A DNA stretch of 63,047 nucleotides, filler included, from Craspedostauros australis (taxonomy: Eukaryota), in the NCBI GenBank assembly GCA_030167865.1. It is 19 parts of 19 records of this genome, joined end to end, with 100 filler letters (N's around TTAATTAATTAA, not from the genome) between each part and the next. Parts side by side here need not be neighbours in the genome. Positions count along the whole stretch, not along the records: positions 36,840 to 42,126 come from JALAGF010002368.1; positions 42,227 to 44,911 come from JALAGF010002369.1; positions 45,012 to 46,373 come from JALAGF010002370.1; positions 46,474 to 49,653 come from JALAGF010002371.1; 15 more parts are not named here. One strand, given 5' to 3'. This document shows, piece after piece, positions 36,740-49,753 of this stretch; the first letter of the stretch is position 1, and each line of letters begins with the position of its first letter. The notes under the pieces were generated by a model, which made no database searches, was not told where the DNA came from, and saw only the letters and a program-made list of their open reading frames with translations. A program made the translations under genes and the position numbers.

Positions 36740-38434
36740 NNNNNNNNNNNNNNNNNNNNNNNNNNNNNNNNNNNNNNNNNNNNTTAATTAATTAANNNNN
36801 NNNNNNNNNNNNNNNNNNNNNNNNNNNNNNNNNNNNNNNCCATTGGTTTCGATCTCACCTCAAGAAAGGATCCTTCGAAATCAAGTACATCGATTCAACT
36901 CTTCAGAAAGCCGACATCATGACGAAGCCATTGGCGCGAGCCAAATTCGTGGCAGCCCGAAAGCTGATCATGGGTTGGTAACGCATTCAACACCTGAGGG
37001 CGAGTGTTATCATGAATTAGTCCAGCTGATCGATACGACACCAAACCCGAACCAGCACGCCGCTGCGTCAGCAACGCCACGACTTTGCGCCCGCGACGCA
37101 CGCAACATTTAGCGAACTTGACGCAAAGTCAAGACCACAGTAGAATAAGCTCACAATCCCATGGGACCTTCCATGGGCCCTCTCAATGGGCACTATACAA
37201 CTTTAGCACACGCACACACACGCACACTTGCCTGTAGCAATTACATGTATTGCCATAGTCGTTGAGTGCTTGTTCTGTGTTGCCACAACATCAACAATTC
37301 GTTGTTTTCGGTGATGTGAAGAATTCTTGGTGCGCTTCAATCGTCTGCCTGTCATCCGTGGTTGATCGTGTTTGGGTGACGCACTTCAATTTGCCACGAT
37401 CGTGGAATTGGTTTGCGAGTGATGATGACACACACAAACGCACTCACAGAGAAACACGATCATCTGTCTGTTGTTGCGCAACCCCGCGCGACGATGGCCA
37501 CCGACCGCAATGGTCAGAAATGAGAGGCGACATCGGCAGCGCCATGATGGAACAGCCGAGGAAGAACCCACATCTGTTCACCATCTTCCTCGTACCGCAT
37601 CCCTTCACACCATGAGCATACCTATCATGTACAGCGGGACAAGACAATGCGGCATCAGCATCCATGAGGACCAACAGTTGCGGTAGCAAAGCGTCCAGGC
37701 TGATGCTCTGATCGGCATTCGATGCGATCGTAACGAATGGAGTTGATGGGAGATGACGGTGTCAGACTACGGTGCTGGACTGCCGGGTCCGTGCGCTTCC
37801 GTGGAAAGGCACACAAACACAAGCGCACATTGCGTCAGCATCACGCACTGCAGCGACAGGCTTTGAGGATCGCAGCCTCCTGCACGCGGCATCCACCGCA
37901 AGGCAGCAAGACCGGGAGGTGTCTGAAACAAATGCTGGCAACGACACACGAAACCGCGCTTCATAGCATCGATTTCATTGATCCACCGGAACGACGGGTG
38001 CGGTGCGAACTCAGCTGGCGTCAACGACGCCGCAGCACATCATCACCCAAAGGTCACAAACGGTCACAAACGAAGTTGATGCCTGCGCCGGTGCCAGGCT
38101 GGGAATCAGGTGGGATGAAGAAGGGTCGAACGCGGCAAGCACGTCAAAAGACGTACTGACGTAGACTATGATGGTTGGTAGAAAAACGAGACGTTGCCGT
38201 AGGAGGCTATGTACTTCTTCGCACCATTTTGCACGCCGCGGAACTTTCATTCTTTCCACATCAGCGGCATGCGTTGGTCCTCTGCGCATGGACTGATGCA
38301 ATGTGCTGCGGGCGAACATGGGGCGAGCACTTCCAAGTAGAGTTGGGAGTCGAGCACTCTGGAGGTATCCGACGACTAGCAGCAATAGATACAGTACTGC
38401 ATTTCACATCAACTATTATACATTACATTGTACC

Positions 38435-40516
38435 TTACCATCGCCGTTTTGTCTTTGTCTCCATCTCGCCTTCCATCGACATGTCTGGACTGCAGTTCGG
38501 CCGATCTCTCTTCGTGGTGGGATGGTGAGCCAGCCTCGATTCGAGCAAAGCCAAGATCTTCACATCATGGGTTGCCTTCTGTGCACATTCCAATGCTGTA
38601 TTGCCAGCTTTGTTCCGCACATGAACATCGATCTCTTCCAACATCATCAGATACTTGACCACCGCCACCAGACCATTCTTGACTGCACGGTGAAGGACTG
38701 TGTCTCCGCCATTGTTCATCATGTTCACATCCACCGTCACGTTGCTCGATTCAATCAGCAGCTTGATCTTCTCCAGACAGGAAGGGTCGTAGAGGTAGAT
38801 TCTGTCAATACTTCCGGTACCAGTGTCGACGCAGCAGATGCAATGCAACGGAGTATCACCATCACTATTCTGAAGCGTTGCGTCCACTGAGTCATGTTCC
38901 ACCAACTGTTGAAGGGCGGGCATTCCACCACTCTTGCCCATGCATGCAAGATGGAGAAGCGTGTTGCCATCACGATTCTGGATGTTTGCAATTGGTTTGG
39001 CCTCTTCTATCAATCGTTTGGTGATGCCTGTATCTCCCACACGATTGTTGAGATGGGAGAGATCGCTGAGGTTGGTGGCGGCGATGAGTTGGTGTTGGAT
39101 GAACTCGAAGAGGTGGGTGAGTCTGGTGGTGTCATCCAACGGAACGAAAAGATCTCTGCGGAAGGCGAGGTGCACAGGTGTGTCACCGTCATGGTTCTGG
39201 ACGTAGGAGCTGCCGCTGGTCTTGGACGACTGGAGCAGGTAACCAATGACGAATCGATTCTGATGCTTGCATGCCATGTGGAGGGATGTGTCACCGTCAT
39301 GGTTCTGGATATTGAAGCTGCCCTTGGTCTTGGACGATTGGAGCAGGTATTCAATGGCGTCGCGATGCTGATGCTTGCATGCAAAATGGAGAGGTGTATT
39401 CCCACGGCTGTTTTGAATCTTGAGTATTCCATCGATACTCAACCTGCTGTTGCTGTTGTCTTCGTTGTTGTCATTGTTGGGTTGGTACTCTTCCAGCAAC
39501 AGCTTCAAGCAAGGTAAGAAGCCAGGGCTACGGAAATCGCAAAGGCGATGCAATGGTGTGTCGCCGTCATTGTTTTGGGTGCGAATCTGGTTGTCTGTGT
39601 CAACTTTGTCACAATGGACCAGAAACGCAATCATCTCCAGCCAATGAACCCTTTTTGGGAAACAAGCCCGGTGGAGAAGTGTATCACCATTGTTGTTGCG
39701 AATGTTGAGATTGACAATTTCACCGATAGCATCTGATCCCACCAGATATCGAAGGCAGCTGGTCCTCGCATACTGACATGCTCCATGCAAAGGCGTGTCG
39801 CCTTCGTTGTTCTGCTTGTTGATGTTGGCAACGGCATCAACTCGGGGACACCGCACCAAGTACTCCAGCACATCGATGTGTCCTAGTCCGCCGTCATGGT
39901 GGAGTAAGGAATGGTGGAGTAAGCTGTTGCCATCGGTATCTTCCATGATGAAGCGGATTCGATCAGATTCCATCAAGTACTCAACAAGATTTCTGTTTCC
40001 GCTCCTGCAAGCTGAATGGAGCAATGTCTGCCCTCTGTTGTTTCGGGCATTGACATCCACATCGTTTCGATCACATTGCATGAAGTACTCAATGATACGT
40101 TTGCCTCCACGTTCGGACGCAAGGTGCATTGGCGTATTGCCGTCCCTGTCTAGAATGTTGAAATCTACGTCAACGCGGTCAGATTCCATCAGGTACTTCA
40201 CGATATCTGTGTGTAGATTTTCACAAGCATGATGGATTGCTGTCCTTCCAAAGCGATCCTGGAGGTTGACATCCACCTTGATTTGATCAGACTCCACCAA
40301 GTACTGCACAATGAATATGTTTCCATTACAGGAAGCAGCATGGAGTGGTGTATCTCCAGTTTCGCACACAATATCGCAAAGCGTGCCCTCCTTGCATGAT
40401 TCGACCAAGGCCTGCACCGATGCCAACTTGTTCTTATGGCATGCTTTGTACAATCGCACAAGCCATCTGTCATTGATGTCATCACTGTTTCCATTCCAGT
40501 TTCATTTTGATTGCAT
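38435..40516 (-). CDS. Ankyrin-repeat protein (~690 codons), possibly pseudogenised by a stop at codon 5
   Basis: Many GDTPLHxAC repeats. The natural ATG at 40516 reads MQSK*NWNG (TGA 40502-40504) in frame with the long ORF, whose listed start is a GTG. Confidence 0.8.
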
Positions 40517-41449
40517 CGTAGAATAGAATGGAGAATGTGCCCCAGCGGATACATTCAGAGTTGGATGGAAGAGAGAGGAAGAGAGGGTGGGTTGCGTCAA
40601 CGTGAGTGTATGGCAAGTAGGAGCTGATGGTAGTGCCATGTGCGATCAGCCTGTGAGTTCACATGTACGAGTACGAATGCACACGGGTGCGATCAAGAGG
40701 CAGGGGAACAAATGGTAGTACTGGTTTTCAGGCAGGAAGGTCGACGTCAAATCGTTCATGCAAGAGAGGTTACCACCATCCCCGCAGCCACGCAGCTACC
40801 ACGTTTCATGTGTTGTCACATGCACACATCCACTTCTGGAGACGCTAGCACAAGGGCAAGTACGAGTACAAGTAGTGCACTCACGTGCCCATGAGCCTGA
40901 ATATGTGATTGCTTATGTCTATGAGAATGCTCGTGCGCGAACGTGTGTCGCTTGGTGGGTCGAAGGGTCGTGTGAAGGAGGGATCCATGCTGCAGCGACG
41001 GCGATCCGTACTTGCAACGATCTGCTCTTTGTTGTTGAGTTGAGGCTTGGACAGGTGTGGCTGTGCGATGTACAAGTATGGGTATCAGGAAGGTCGAGTC
41101 CTCTCTCCTCGTATGCATGTATTGTATTCCTCCGTTCCGAAATGATTTCCACTTATCTTTTTTGCGACATGCGGTGAGACACCAAAGACGTCATCAAAAG
41201 TGGGGGTTGCGGTAACCAATTTTCCTGTTTTTAGTGACTCTTCCTTCCTTCGAAACTCATGTGGTCGTCTCTGGTCTCTGGCGGTGCCAGGTACCACGAC
41301 AACAGACCGTGGTACCATCCTGTGTGTCACTCGAACAGGTTTTTATCCCCGACACGCTCCGCCCCTCCCCTCTGTTCGTGGATGTCTTCCCACAGTCATT
41401 CTTTGTTTTGTTTCGTGTTCGCCTGTTTCCTTGTGCTTTATCCACTCCG

Positions 41450-42126
41450 GAGTTGGGCTTGTCAAGTGCCTGGGCGGTCACGTCGAAGACCCTCTTTTCT
41501 GTTGTTTCCGTCACACCAGAGTTGCATTCGTGTGGTTTTCTGTTTGCGTCTGCTCATTGTCGCCAACTCGCCTTCAACACCCATGCGCATGCTACGGCCT
41601 TTTTCAGTCTCGTCCGATGCCACATATCCGTGCGGGTGCGACACAGTGGCTACAGTCAACATCCTGCAGCCTGTGCGCACCTTCCTCGTATCGGATCTCT
41701 GCAGTACCCTGTGACTCTGCCTGTGCTTTCTCCCATGCAAATATTCCTTCCTGCTTCTATGCATGCCCAACCCCTGGCTCCGACGCCAGCAGCTATCCCA
41801 TTTTTGTAGCCATTGCCTGCCTCTTTACTTTCTTGAATCTACAACAACACATGCGATTCATATAATAACTTCTAGATAACTGCTTCTCCATGGGACAAGT
41901 TCGGGTGCAGGCTGCTTTTGCTGCGTTCGACACCTCTCCAGGTTATTCTAATGTACTTGTAATTCGTGCTGCCTCACCGTTCTGTTTGCGATGTGAGGAA
42001 TCTCTGATGTTGGACGGACCATTCACGTGTCATACAAGCTGTGACATGTCCCATTCGGTGTGGTGTTACACCAGAGTAGTCGCAGTAATACCAAGAATAG
42101 CGCTCAGCAATACCATCGACGTCTGC
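41450..42126 (-). mobile_element. Possible heavily decayed non-LTR retrotransposon RNase H region
   Basis: Fragments such as GARGWACIEAGRNICMGESTGRVTG and RMQLWCDG interrupted by many stops. Weak pattern-level similarity only. Confidence 0.2.
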
Positions 42127-43033
42127 NNNNNNNNNNNNNNNNNNNNNNNNNNNNNNNNNNNNNNNNNNNNTTAATTAATTAANNNNNNNNNNNNNNNNNN
42201 NNNNNNNNNNNNNNNNNNNNNNNNNNGGAGTTTGGTAGCATCATCAGCACTATCATGGCCATCGTTGTCACCGACGTTCATACTCGCGTGTATGATTGTG
42301 CTCGCGGAGTACTCTGCTTGATGACTCTGTCGATGGCTGCTGGTTGGGTCAGTGTCGCATCTCGAAGGAGATCCTTGTGGTGGCGGCGCAATCACAGCGG
42401 AACTTCTGTGTGTTGCGACTGCCACCTTGCGACAGCTGCTGGGCGTGCAACGACACCCCGGTCTGCAGACAATGGATGGGGAATGCCGTGAAGTTTCAGG
42501 AATGATGATGACATGAGCGCAGCATGTCTTGTACCATCATCGAAGCATGTTGCTGTCACAACAACGATGAATGATGGAGGAAGAGGAGGAGAGGTTGGCA
42601 TCAGTTGAAGTGGAGATGGGTGTGGAAATCAACCGTTTTGTTCGTATCGAAACAATGACACGCTGAGTCACGCAGATACAAGATTGAAGTTAACGACGAG
42701 TCCACAGTTGTCAACAGACAGCCAAAGTAGTCATAGCGAAAGACAGCCAGGGAACTAACTGACAAAGAAAGCGCGGTAGACAGTCGCATCTGAAATTTTC
42801 GAGGAGAGGATGACTGCGTTCCTGTGTTGCCAAGAGTGGTGCTGTTGCTTCTTTGTCGCTCCATCGCACTCTACTCCATTTTACTTCATTGCACGAAATG
42901 CTCTTGTTGAGCAGCACAAGGTGCGATACAACCTGCAATGATGGTAGCGCTGATGTTGCTCAAGCTACGAGAGCTCTTTCTGGATCTAGTTTAATCCGTT
43001 CCCTTTGATTGAGAGTACGCCGCCCTCGCTATT

Positions 43034-43885
43034 CTACAAACCGGGATTTGACGATCGTCGTTGTGGTTTGATCAATCTTTCCATGGTGAATTGATGAGCA
43101 AAGATCCTCACCATGTCTGGTTTCTGTTGCTCAGCATTATATCTGTATACCAGAAGACCAGACTCTCCTTTCTGCTGCCCCCATGATGTCTTCTCCCTCT
43201 CGACAGTGCAATTGATGCGATATTGTTGTTGCTCTCTGGCAACTCGCTGCTGGCGCAATATTTTTGTGTTGACGCGGATGAAGGGTGCGGACGAGTGCAT
43301 CTGCGGTGGCTTCTCAGCCGATTCGGCCTTGTCGTCGTCGCTCTCGACCATATGATTCATCCCCCACCTGCATGGTCTCCCCTGTCTCATTCCAGCGAGG
43401 GATGGCGACAATCTGGTAGTGCTGGCGAGATGTTTCCGTGAACATTGTAATGGCGACGCGTTGCAGCCCATTGCGTCCCATCTTGATGCTCGTTTCTTGC
43501 GACTGCTGCAACTGTGATTGTCATCACTACTGTGACTACTTTCGCTGCTTCTGCTGCTGTCGCTGCCATCGCTATGAACAAGCGACGATGAGGCTGGCGG
43601 TGGCGGTGATAGTGGCGTTAGCCTGGATGATGATGCCAGCGAACAGGCGCCATGAGACGCCCACAACGGAACATCAGTCGTTGTTGTGAATGAAGAGCGC
43701 TGCGATCGGCCTCTTCGGTCGCTGCCCATGACGACGTTGTCTTGAATACACGGAGGAAGCAAGCGCGCATTGTCAACAACAATGGTACACTTGGAGGTGT
43801 AGGGATGTTCACTCGACCCCTCCATTGATGCTGATCGTTCTTGAATCAGTTCCTTCATGAAGAAGTCCATGGCGAGGTTTACCAT
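43034..43885 (-). CDS. Hypothetical Ser-rich low-complexity protein
   Basis: ORF of ~283 aa from ATG 43885 with TIVVDNAR, SRW and P.RR.S motifs that I recall from expanded diatom hypothetical protein families. Function unknown. Confidence 0.55.
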   Translation of the reverse strand: MVNLAMDFFMKELIQERSASMEGSSEHPYTSKCTIVVDNARLLPPCIQDNVVMGSDRRGRSQRSSFTTTTDVPLWASHGACSLASSSRLTPLSPPPPASSSLVHSDGSDSSRSSESSHSSDDNHSCSSRKKRASRWDAMGCNASPLQCSRKHLASTTRLSPSLAGMRQGRPCRWGMNHMVESDDDKAESAEKPPQMHSSAPFIRVNTKILRQQRVAREQQQYRINCTVEREKTSWGQQKGESGLLVYRYNAEQQKPDMVRIFAHQFTMERLIKPQRRSSNPGL

Positions 43886-44466
43886 CGTTGATGACTCTTG
43901 TCTGAAGGTGACGATTGACGCCCGTGACAAGTCGCTTGTTTTGTCGATGGGTGGATGGGTTGATGATGTTGCGATGTTGCAATGTGATTCTTTGTCAAGC
44001 GAGGAGAGGGATTGTTATGGGAGTGATCACTGGGCTTCGGCCATGTTTGGCACTAGAACATTGATGCGAGTATGCTTGTCGGTGTGTACCATTCAGGTTG
44101 TTGTCTCCACCATCAATGTATCGGCAGCACCTCCGTGTCATCCTGCTCAGATCAATCCCGGTGATGCTGCTCAGGTCTTTGGATTTGACTGGCTGCTTTG
44201 GCGATCGAGGGAACTTTGCTGCTTCGCAAGGAGTTGGGGGATTGGCACCACCAAGAATGTCTACACATCATTATCATGTCTAAGTGTCCCCCCTTGTTCT
44301 TTGCCCTGCTTTTGTTGCACCTGCTTCCTCCACTGCAGTGAACGCCAATCCACGAGCTTGATTCTATGTACGTGCGCCGCCCCGCGCTGAAGACCTTCTC
44401 GCTTTGTGCGTGACGAAGAACATTAGACAATCCACAACTCGCAATCCACCAGAACTGATCCCCACT

Positions 44467-44911
44467 AGTTGAGATTCAATGAGGGACAGACTAATACCGA
44501 ACACGGTATCAACCTGATGGGAGAAATTCCTGTTTTGGCGCGAAATCTTCCGTCCTGATGGACCACCAAATCTTTTCTCCTCCTTTCTCTCCTCCATTCA
44601 CGAATCCATCATGACTCAACCATGACCGACCTGACTCACACTCCACCTTGGGAACTATATGCTCCTCAGATCCTTTTACTACAACATACCTCGATTCCCT
44701 CCATGCTGATGACTACTGCACCACTGCCGNNNNNNNNNNNNNTGTATCCAACCTGCTTCAACTCAAGCAATGGAATCCGAGAGCCAGCTCCAACCACAGC
44801 CACTGCCTCATGGTCGTCACTGCCATCTGCCATGATCTACACTGCAGTGTATCTACGTGTGTGGAGAGCAAGGCGCTGTAATGACAGTATACCCTGTAGC
44901 ACTGAACCAAG
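44467..44911 (+). repeat. LTR family copy A, truncated by contig end
   Basis: Begins AGTTGAGATTCAATGAGGGACAG. Reverse-complement match to 54054-54630 and 61279-61787. Confidence 0.85.
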
Positions 44912-45830
44912 NNNNNNNNNNNNNNNNNNNNNNNNNNNNNNNNNNNNNNNNNNNNTTAATTAATTAANNNNNNNNNNNNNNNNNNNNNNNNNNNNNNNNN
45001 NNNNNNNNNNNAGAGGCGATTTTGGAATGCTTGGAGAAGTCAGCGAGCCATGTCCAATTGAGGCGACGGAAGAGTTCCTCTGTGTCGTGGAACGGGGTTT
45101 TGTCGGGGTTGTCACTCGTGGGCATGATGGAACGAGGCGTGGAGCAAAGAGAGAGATGAGATGAGCTGCGTTTGGATGGGGATTTCCAAAATACAGAGAG
45201 GGTGACGAAGCAATGGGGATTGTCTTATATAGTATAAGCGTATTTCCTCATAACCTGTGATGATCGGGAGACGATACGAGTAGTGTGTGTGTGTGTGATG
45301 TGAAGTTATTATGACTCGTCTCTGTTGTCTCTGCTGAGGCTGTGAACAGGGGTTCATTTGCTGCTCCGTCTGGCCTTCGACCGTATACCAACAGATACAA
45401 ACATCGGAAACAGGCTTGCCTGCTGAGGAGCGCAACATGAAAACTGGCAGACCAATTGACTGATCGTAGCAAACGAACATAGTACCAACGGGAAAGTACA
45501 ATACTTGTTGGTACAATTACACACTTACGATGATGGCACACGTCCCACACCGGCAGACAAAGCAACACGCAACCCTTCAGTCCTGGCTTTGGTCGGCCCA
45601 GCGAGACTCTCAACACCTGCTGCTCTCTACTGATTCTGGAGATGATCCAACGTTGAACAAGGGATGCGTTCTCAATTCCACTGCTCATCCAGCGATCGGC
45701 CGCGTGGACAATTGGTGCATATCCGTATCCGTAGACGGATAGAGGAACTCATGAGGCACCAATTCGGAATGACTTCATTTGTGGCTATGTCACTGTGCAT
45801 TGCTTAAGGTTCGTTGTGCGTCTCAGGGGG

Positions 45831-46373
45831 TCATTCAGCTCCAGCTTCAACCTCGACCTCAGCATCATCCTTATCCCCTTCTGCATCCTTCTCTTCCTGA
45901 TCCTCCTCCTGATCAGCTTCAGCTTCAGCCGGGTCACCCAGCACCACATGGAAGGGATCAGTTTCAGGAGTAACGAGCGTTGCCCAATGTTCCGGGCCCA
46001 TCTCGAATTCCTCGTCAGTGAGCAAGCATGCGTTAAAGGCAGCCATAACGGTTTCCTTGTCTTTCAAGTGTCCAATGATGACAAGCTCTTGTCTTCGATC
46101 ACCATAGGGGTCAATCCAATAGGGGTCGACGGCATCGTCCACGCCGTCGGGCCAATCATCCTCGTCTATTGCCGCCCACCATGGATCGCCAAGAGTGACC
46201 GCGTACTGATTGCCAGCCAGAGAGAAAATTGAGCGATATTCGGCACGGTTTACCAACCAACAGAATCCCTTGGCTCGCAAGACAATAGACTTGTCAAACG
46301 GAGGTTCGTCGCTGTCCAAGATGACTTGGAATAATTTTCCCAGCTTGGCAGGATGGAAGGGCTTGCTGGACTG
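45831..46373 (-). CDS. CobW/COG0523 metallochaperone GTPase, C-terminal domain (5' truncated)
   Basis: KPFHPAKL, VLRAKGFCWL, WWAAI...WP, YGDRRQELVIIG and ACLLTDEE..G...W...DPF, followed by an acidic tail. Confidence 0.88.
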   Translation of the reverse strand, partial: QSSKPFHPAKLGKLFQVILDSDEPPFDKSIVLRAKGFCWLVNRAEYRSIFSLAGNQYAVTLGDPWWAAIDEDDWPDGVDDAVDPYWIDPYGDRRQELVIIGHLKDKETVMAAFNACLLTDEEFEMGPEHWATLVTPETDPFHVVLGDPAEAEADQEEDQEEKDAEGDKDDAEVEVEAGAE

Positions 46374-47104
46374 NNNNNNNNNNNNNNNNNNNNNNNNNNN
46401 NNNNNNNNNNNNNNNNNTTAATTAATTAANNNNNNNNNNNNNNNNNNNNNNNNNNNNNNNNNNNNNNNNNNNNCACAGTGCCTCCATCTCATCAGTTGCA
46501 GTTGTGGCTGCGATGCATCGCTTTGAGCTTCAGCATGAGCAGGCATTGGTGGTAATGATGCGTGCAGTGGTGGCGTAATAGAAGGAGTATCTCCTAACAG
46601 CTGGTGCTAAAGGTCCCAAAGAAGTTGCTGCGTCCGATCTCATGAATGTACTCGTCCAGCAGGTATTGAATCTCAGCTGCCGACGGCGCATCCGGTGTGG
46701 GCGCTGCTGCAGATCACTTGAATCCTGGGCTTATCACGGAACCATGGCGTCGTTTGCCACTGTTATTGGCACCGTTGTTGGTACTGCGATTGTTCATGTG
46801 ATTGTTTACCTATGCAATTGCCTTGATATCTTCCTTTCTNATGTCGCCGATCGATGCGATGCGTTTGCGATCGCTCCTCATCGCCACTTCCCATTCGTCG
46901 TCATCATCGTCTCCATCTCCATCTCTTGCCATGGTCGCCTTCGTCCATCCTTTTTGCCATGCGACGTTGTGCGTGGCTGCTTGGTTCCCCCATGCATTGG
47001 TTTACTGGTCATGTCTGCGTACGACTATGACACATTGGCTGACACCTCCATCAATGCACGTAGTCGTACGCAAGTACAACAATGATCTCTTACACAGAAC
47101 GAGG

Positions 47105-49653
47105 ACATGTATTGCCATAGTCGTTGAGTAGTTGTTCTGTGTCGCCACAACATCAACAGTTTGTTGTTTTTGGTGATGTGAAGAATTCTTGACGCACTTC
47201 AATCGTCTGCCTGTCATCCGTGATTGATCGTGTTTGGGTGACGCACTTCAATTTGACACGATCGCGGAATTGGTTTGTGGGTGATGATGACACACACAAA
47301 CGCACCCGCAGAGAAACACGGTCACCATTCTGTTGTTGCACAACCCCGTTCGACGATGGCCATCGACCGCAATGGTCAGAAATGAGAGGCGACATCGGCA
47401 GCGCCATGATGGAACAGCTGAGGAGGAACTCACATCTGTTCACCATCTTCCTCGTACCACATCCCTTCACACCATGAGCATACCTATCATATACAGCGGG
47501 ACAAGACAATGAGGCATCAACATCCATGAGGACCAACAGTTGCGGTAGCAAGGCGCCCAGGCTGATGCTCTGATCGGCATTCGATACGATCGTAATGAAT
47601 GGCGTTGATGGGAAACGACGGTGTTTGGCTACGGTGCTGGACTGCCGGGTCCGTGCGCTTCCGTGGAAAGGCACACACACACACATGTGCACATCGCGTC
47701 AGCATCACGCACTGCGGTGACAGGCTTTGAGAATCGCAGCCTCCTGCACGCGGTGACCACTGCAAGGCAGCAAGACAGCGAGGTGTCTGAAACAAATGCT
47801 GGCGACGACACACGAAACCGCGCTTCATCGCATCGATTGCATTGACCCACCGGAACGACGGGTGCGGCGCGAACGCAGCTGGTGTCAACGAAGCCGCAGC
47901 ACATCATCACTCAGCAGCCACAAACGGTCACAAACGAAGTTGATGCCAGTGCCGGTGCCAGGCTGGGAATCGGATGGGATGAAGAAGGGCCGAACGCGGC
48001 AAGTGCGTCAAAGTAGGGACTGACGTAGACCATGATAGTTGGTAGAAAGACAAGACGTCGCCGTTGGAGGCTACGTGCATCTGCACACCAGTTCACACGC
48101 TGCGGAACTTCCATTCTGTCCACATCGGCAACATGCGTTGGTCCTCTGCGCACGGACTGATTCAATGTACTGCGAACGAACATGGGGCGAGCACTTCCAA
48201 GTAGAGTTTGGAGTCGAGTACTCTGGAGGTATCAAACGACTAGCAGCAATAGTTACGGTACTGCATTTCAGATCAACTCTTATCTCATATCATACATTAT
48301 GACTTACCGTTGCCGTTTTGTCTTTGTTTCTATCTCGCCTTCCATCAACATGTCGGGACTGCAGGGCGGCCGATCCCTCTTCGCGGCGGTATGCTAAGTC
48401 AGCCTCGATTCAAGCAAAGCCAAGATCTTCACATCATGGGTTGCCTTCTGCGCACACTCCAATGCCGTATTGCCAGATTGGTTCCGCACATGAACATCGA
48501 TCTCTTCCAGCGTCATCAGATACTCGACCACCATTGCCAGACCATACTTGACCGCACGGTGAAGGACTGTGTCTCCATCATTGTTCATCATGTTCACATC
48601 CACCTTCACGTTGCTTGATTCAATCAGCAGCTTGATCTTCTCCAGGCAGTCGTTACGGTCGTTGGCGTTGCTTCCGACATCGCTTCCGGTACCAGTGTCG
48701 ACGCAGCAGATGCAATGCAATGGAGTATCACCATCACTATTCTGAAGTGTTGCGTCTACTGAGTCATGTCCCACCAACTGCTGAAGGGTGGACATTTCAC
48801 TCTCCTTGCTCATGCACGCAAGATGGAGAAGTGTGTTGCCAGCACGATTCTGGATGTTTGCAATTGGTTTGGCCTCTTCTATCAATCGTTTGGTGATGAC
48901 TGTATCTCCCACACGATTGTTGAGATGGGAGAGATCGCTGAGGTTGGTGGCGGCGATGAGTTGGTGTTGGATGAATTTGAACAGGTGGGCGAGTCTGGTG
49001 GTGTCATCCAACGGAACGAAAAGACCTCTGCGGAAGGCGAGGTGCGCAGGTGTGTCACCATCATGGTTCTGGATGTTGAAGCTGCCGTTGGTCTTGGACG
49101 CCTGGAGCAGGTATTCAATGGCGTCGCGTTCCTGACGCTTGCATGCAACATGGAGAGGCGTATTCCTGTGCCTGTTTTGAATCTTGAATATTTCATCGAT
49201 ACTCAACTTGCTGTTGCTGTTGTGTTCGTTGTTGGCATTGTTGGGTTGGTACTCTTCCAGCAACAGCTTCAAGCAAGGTAAGAAGTTACGGCTGCCGTAA
49301 AAGCAAAGGCGATGCAATGGTGTGTTGCTGTCATTGTTTTGGGTACACATGTGGTTGGCTGTGTCAATTTTGTCACAATGGACCAGATACGCAATCATAT
49401 CCTGAACATCAACACAGATTGTGTAACAAGCCAGGTGGAGAAGTGTATCACCATTGTTGTTGCGAATGTTGAGACTGACATTGTCACTGATATCATCTGA
49501 TTCCACCAGATATCGAAGGCAGCTGGTCCTCATATCCCGACATGCTGTATACAAAGGAGTGTCGCCTCTGTTGTTCTGCTTGTTGATGTTGGCAGCAGCA
49601 TCAACTTGGGGACATTGCACCAAGTACTTCAGCACATCGATGTGTCCTTGTTC
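47105..49653. repeat. Segmental duplicate of ~37243-39885 (ankyrin gene 3' part plus ~1.2 kb downstream flank)
   Basis: Collinear similarity starts at ACATGTATTGCCATAGTCG (47105 vs 37243), with many substitutions and one 108-bp indel. Confidence 0.92.
48394..49653 (-). CDS. Ankyrin-repeat protein, paralog of 38435-40516 (5' truncated)
   Basis: Collinear ankyrin repeats. Lacks one 36-aa repeat and stops earlier (ESRLT*). Confidence 0.85.
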   Translation of the reverse strand, partial: EQGHIDVLKYLVQCPQVDAAANINKQNNRGDTPLYTACRDMRTSCLRYLVESDDISDNVSLNIRNNNGDTLLHLACYTICVDVQDMIAYLVHCDKIDTANHMCTQNNDSNTPLHRLCFYGSRNFLPCLKLLLEEYQPNNANNEHNSNSKLSIDEIFKIQNRHRNTPLHVACKRQERDAIEYLLQASKTNGSFNIQNHDGDTPAHLAFRRGLFVPLDDTTRLAHLFKFIQHQLIAATNLSDLSHLNNRVGDTVITKRLIEEAKPIANIQNRAGNTLLHLACMSKESEMSTLQQLVGHDSVDATLQNSDGDTPLHCICCVDTGTGSDVGSNANDRNDCLEKIKLLIESSNVKVDVNMMNNDGDTVLHRAVKYGLAMVVEYLMTLEEIDVHVRNQSGNTALECAQKATHDVKILALLESRLT

Positions 49654-49753
49654 NNNNNNNNNNNNNNNNNNNNNNNNNNNNNNNNNNNNNNNNNNNNTTA
49701 ATTAATTAANNNNNNNNNNNNNNNNNNNNNNNNNNNNNNNNNNNNNNNNNNNN

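Noticed and set aside
45012..45125. Possible gene start on the minus strand (MPTSDNPDKTPFHDTEELFRRLNW)
   Set aside because: Only ~38 codons before the contig end; cannot be assigned.
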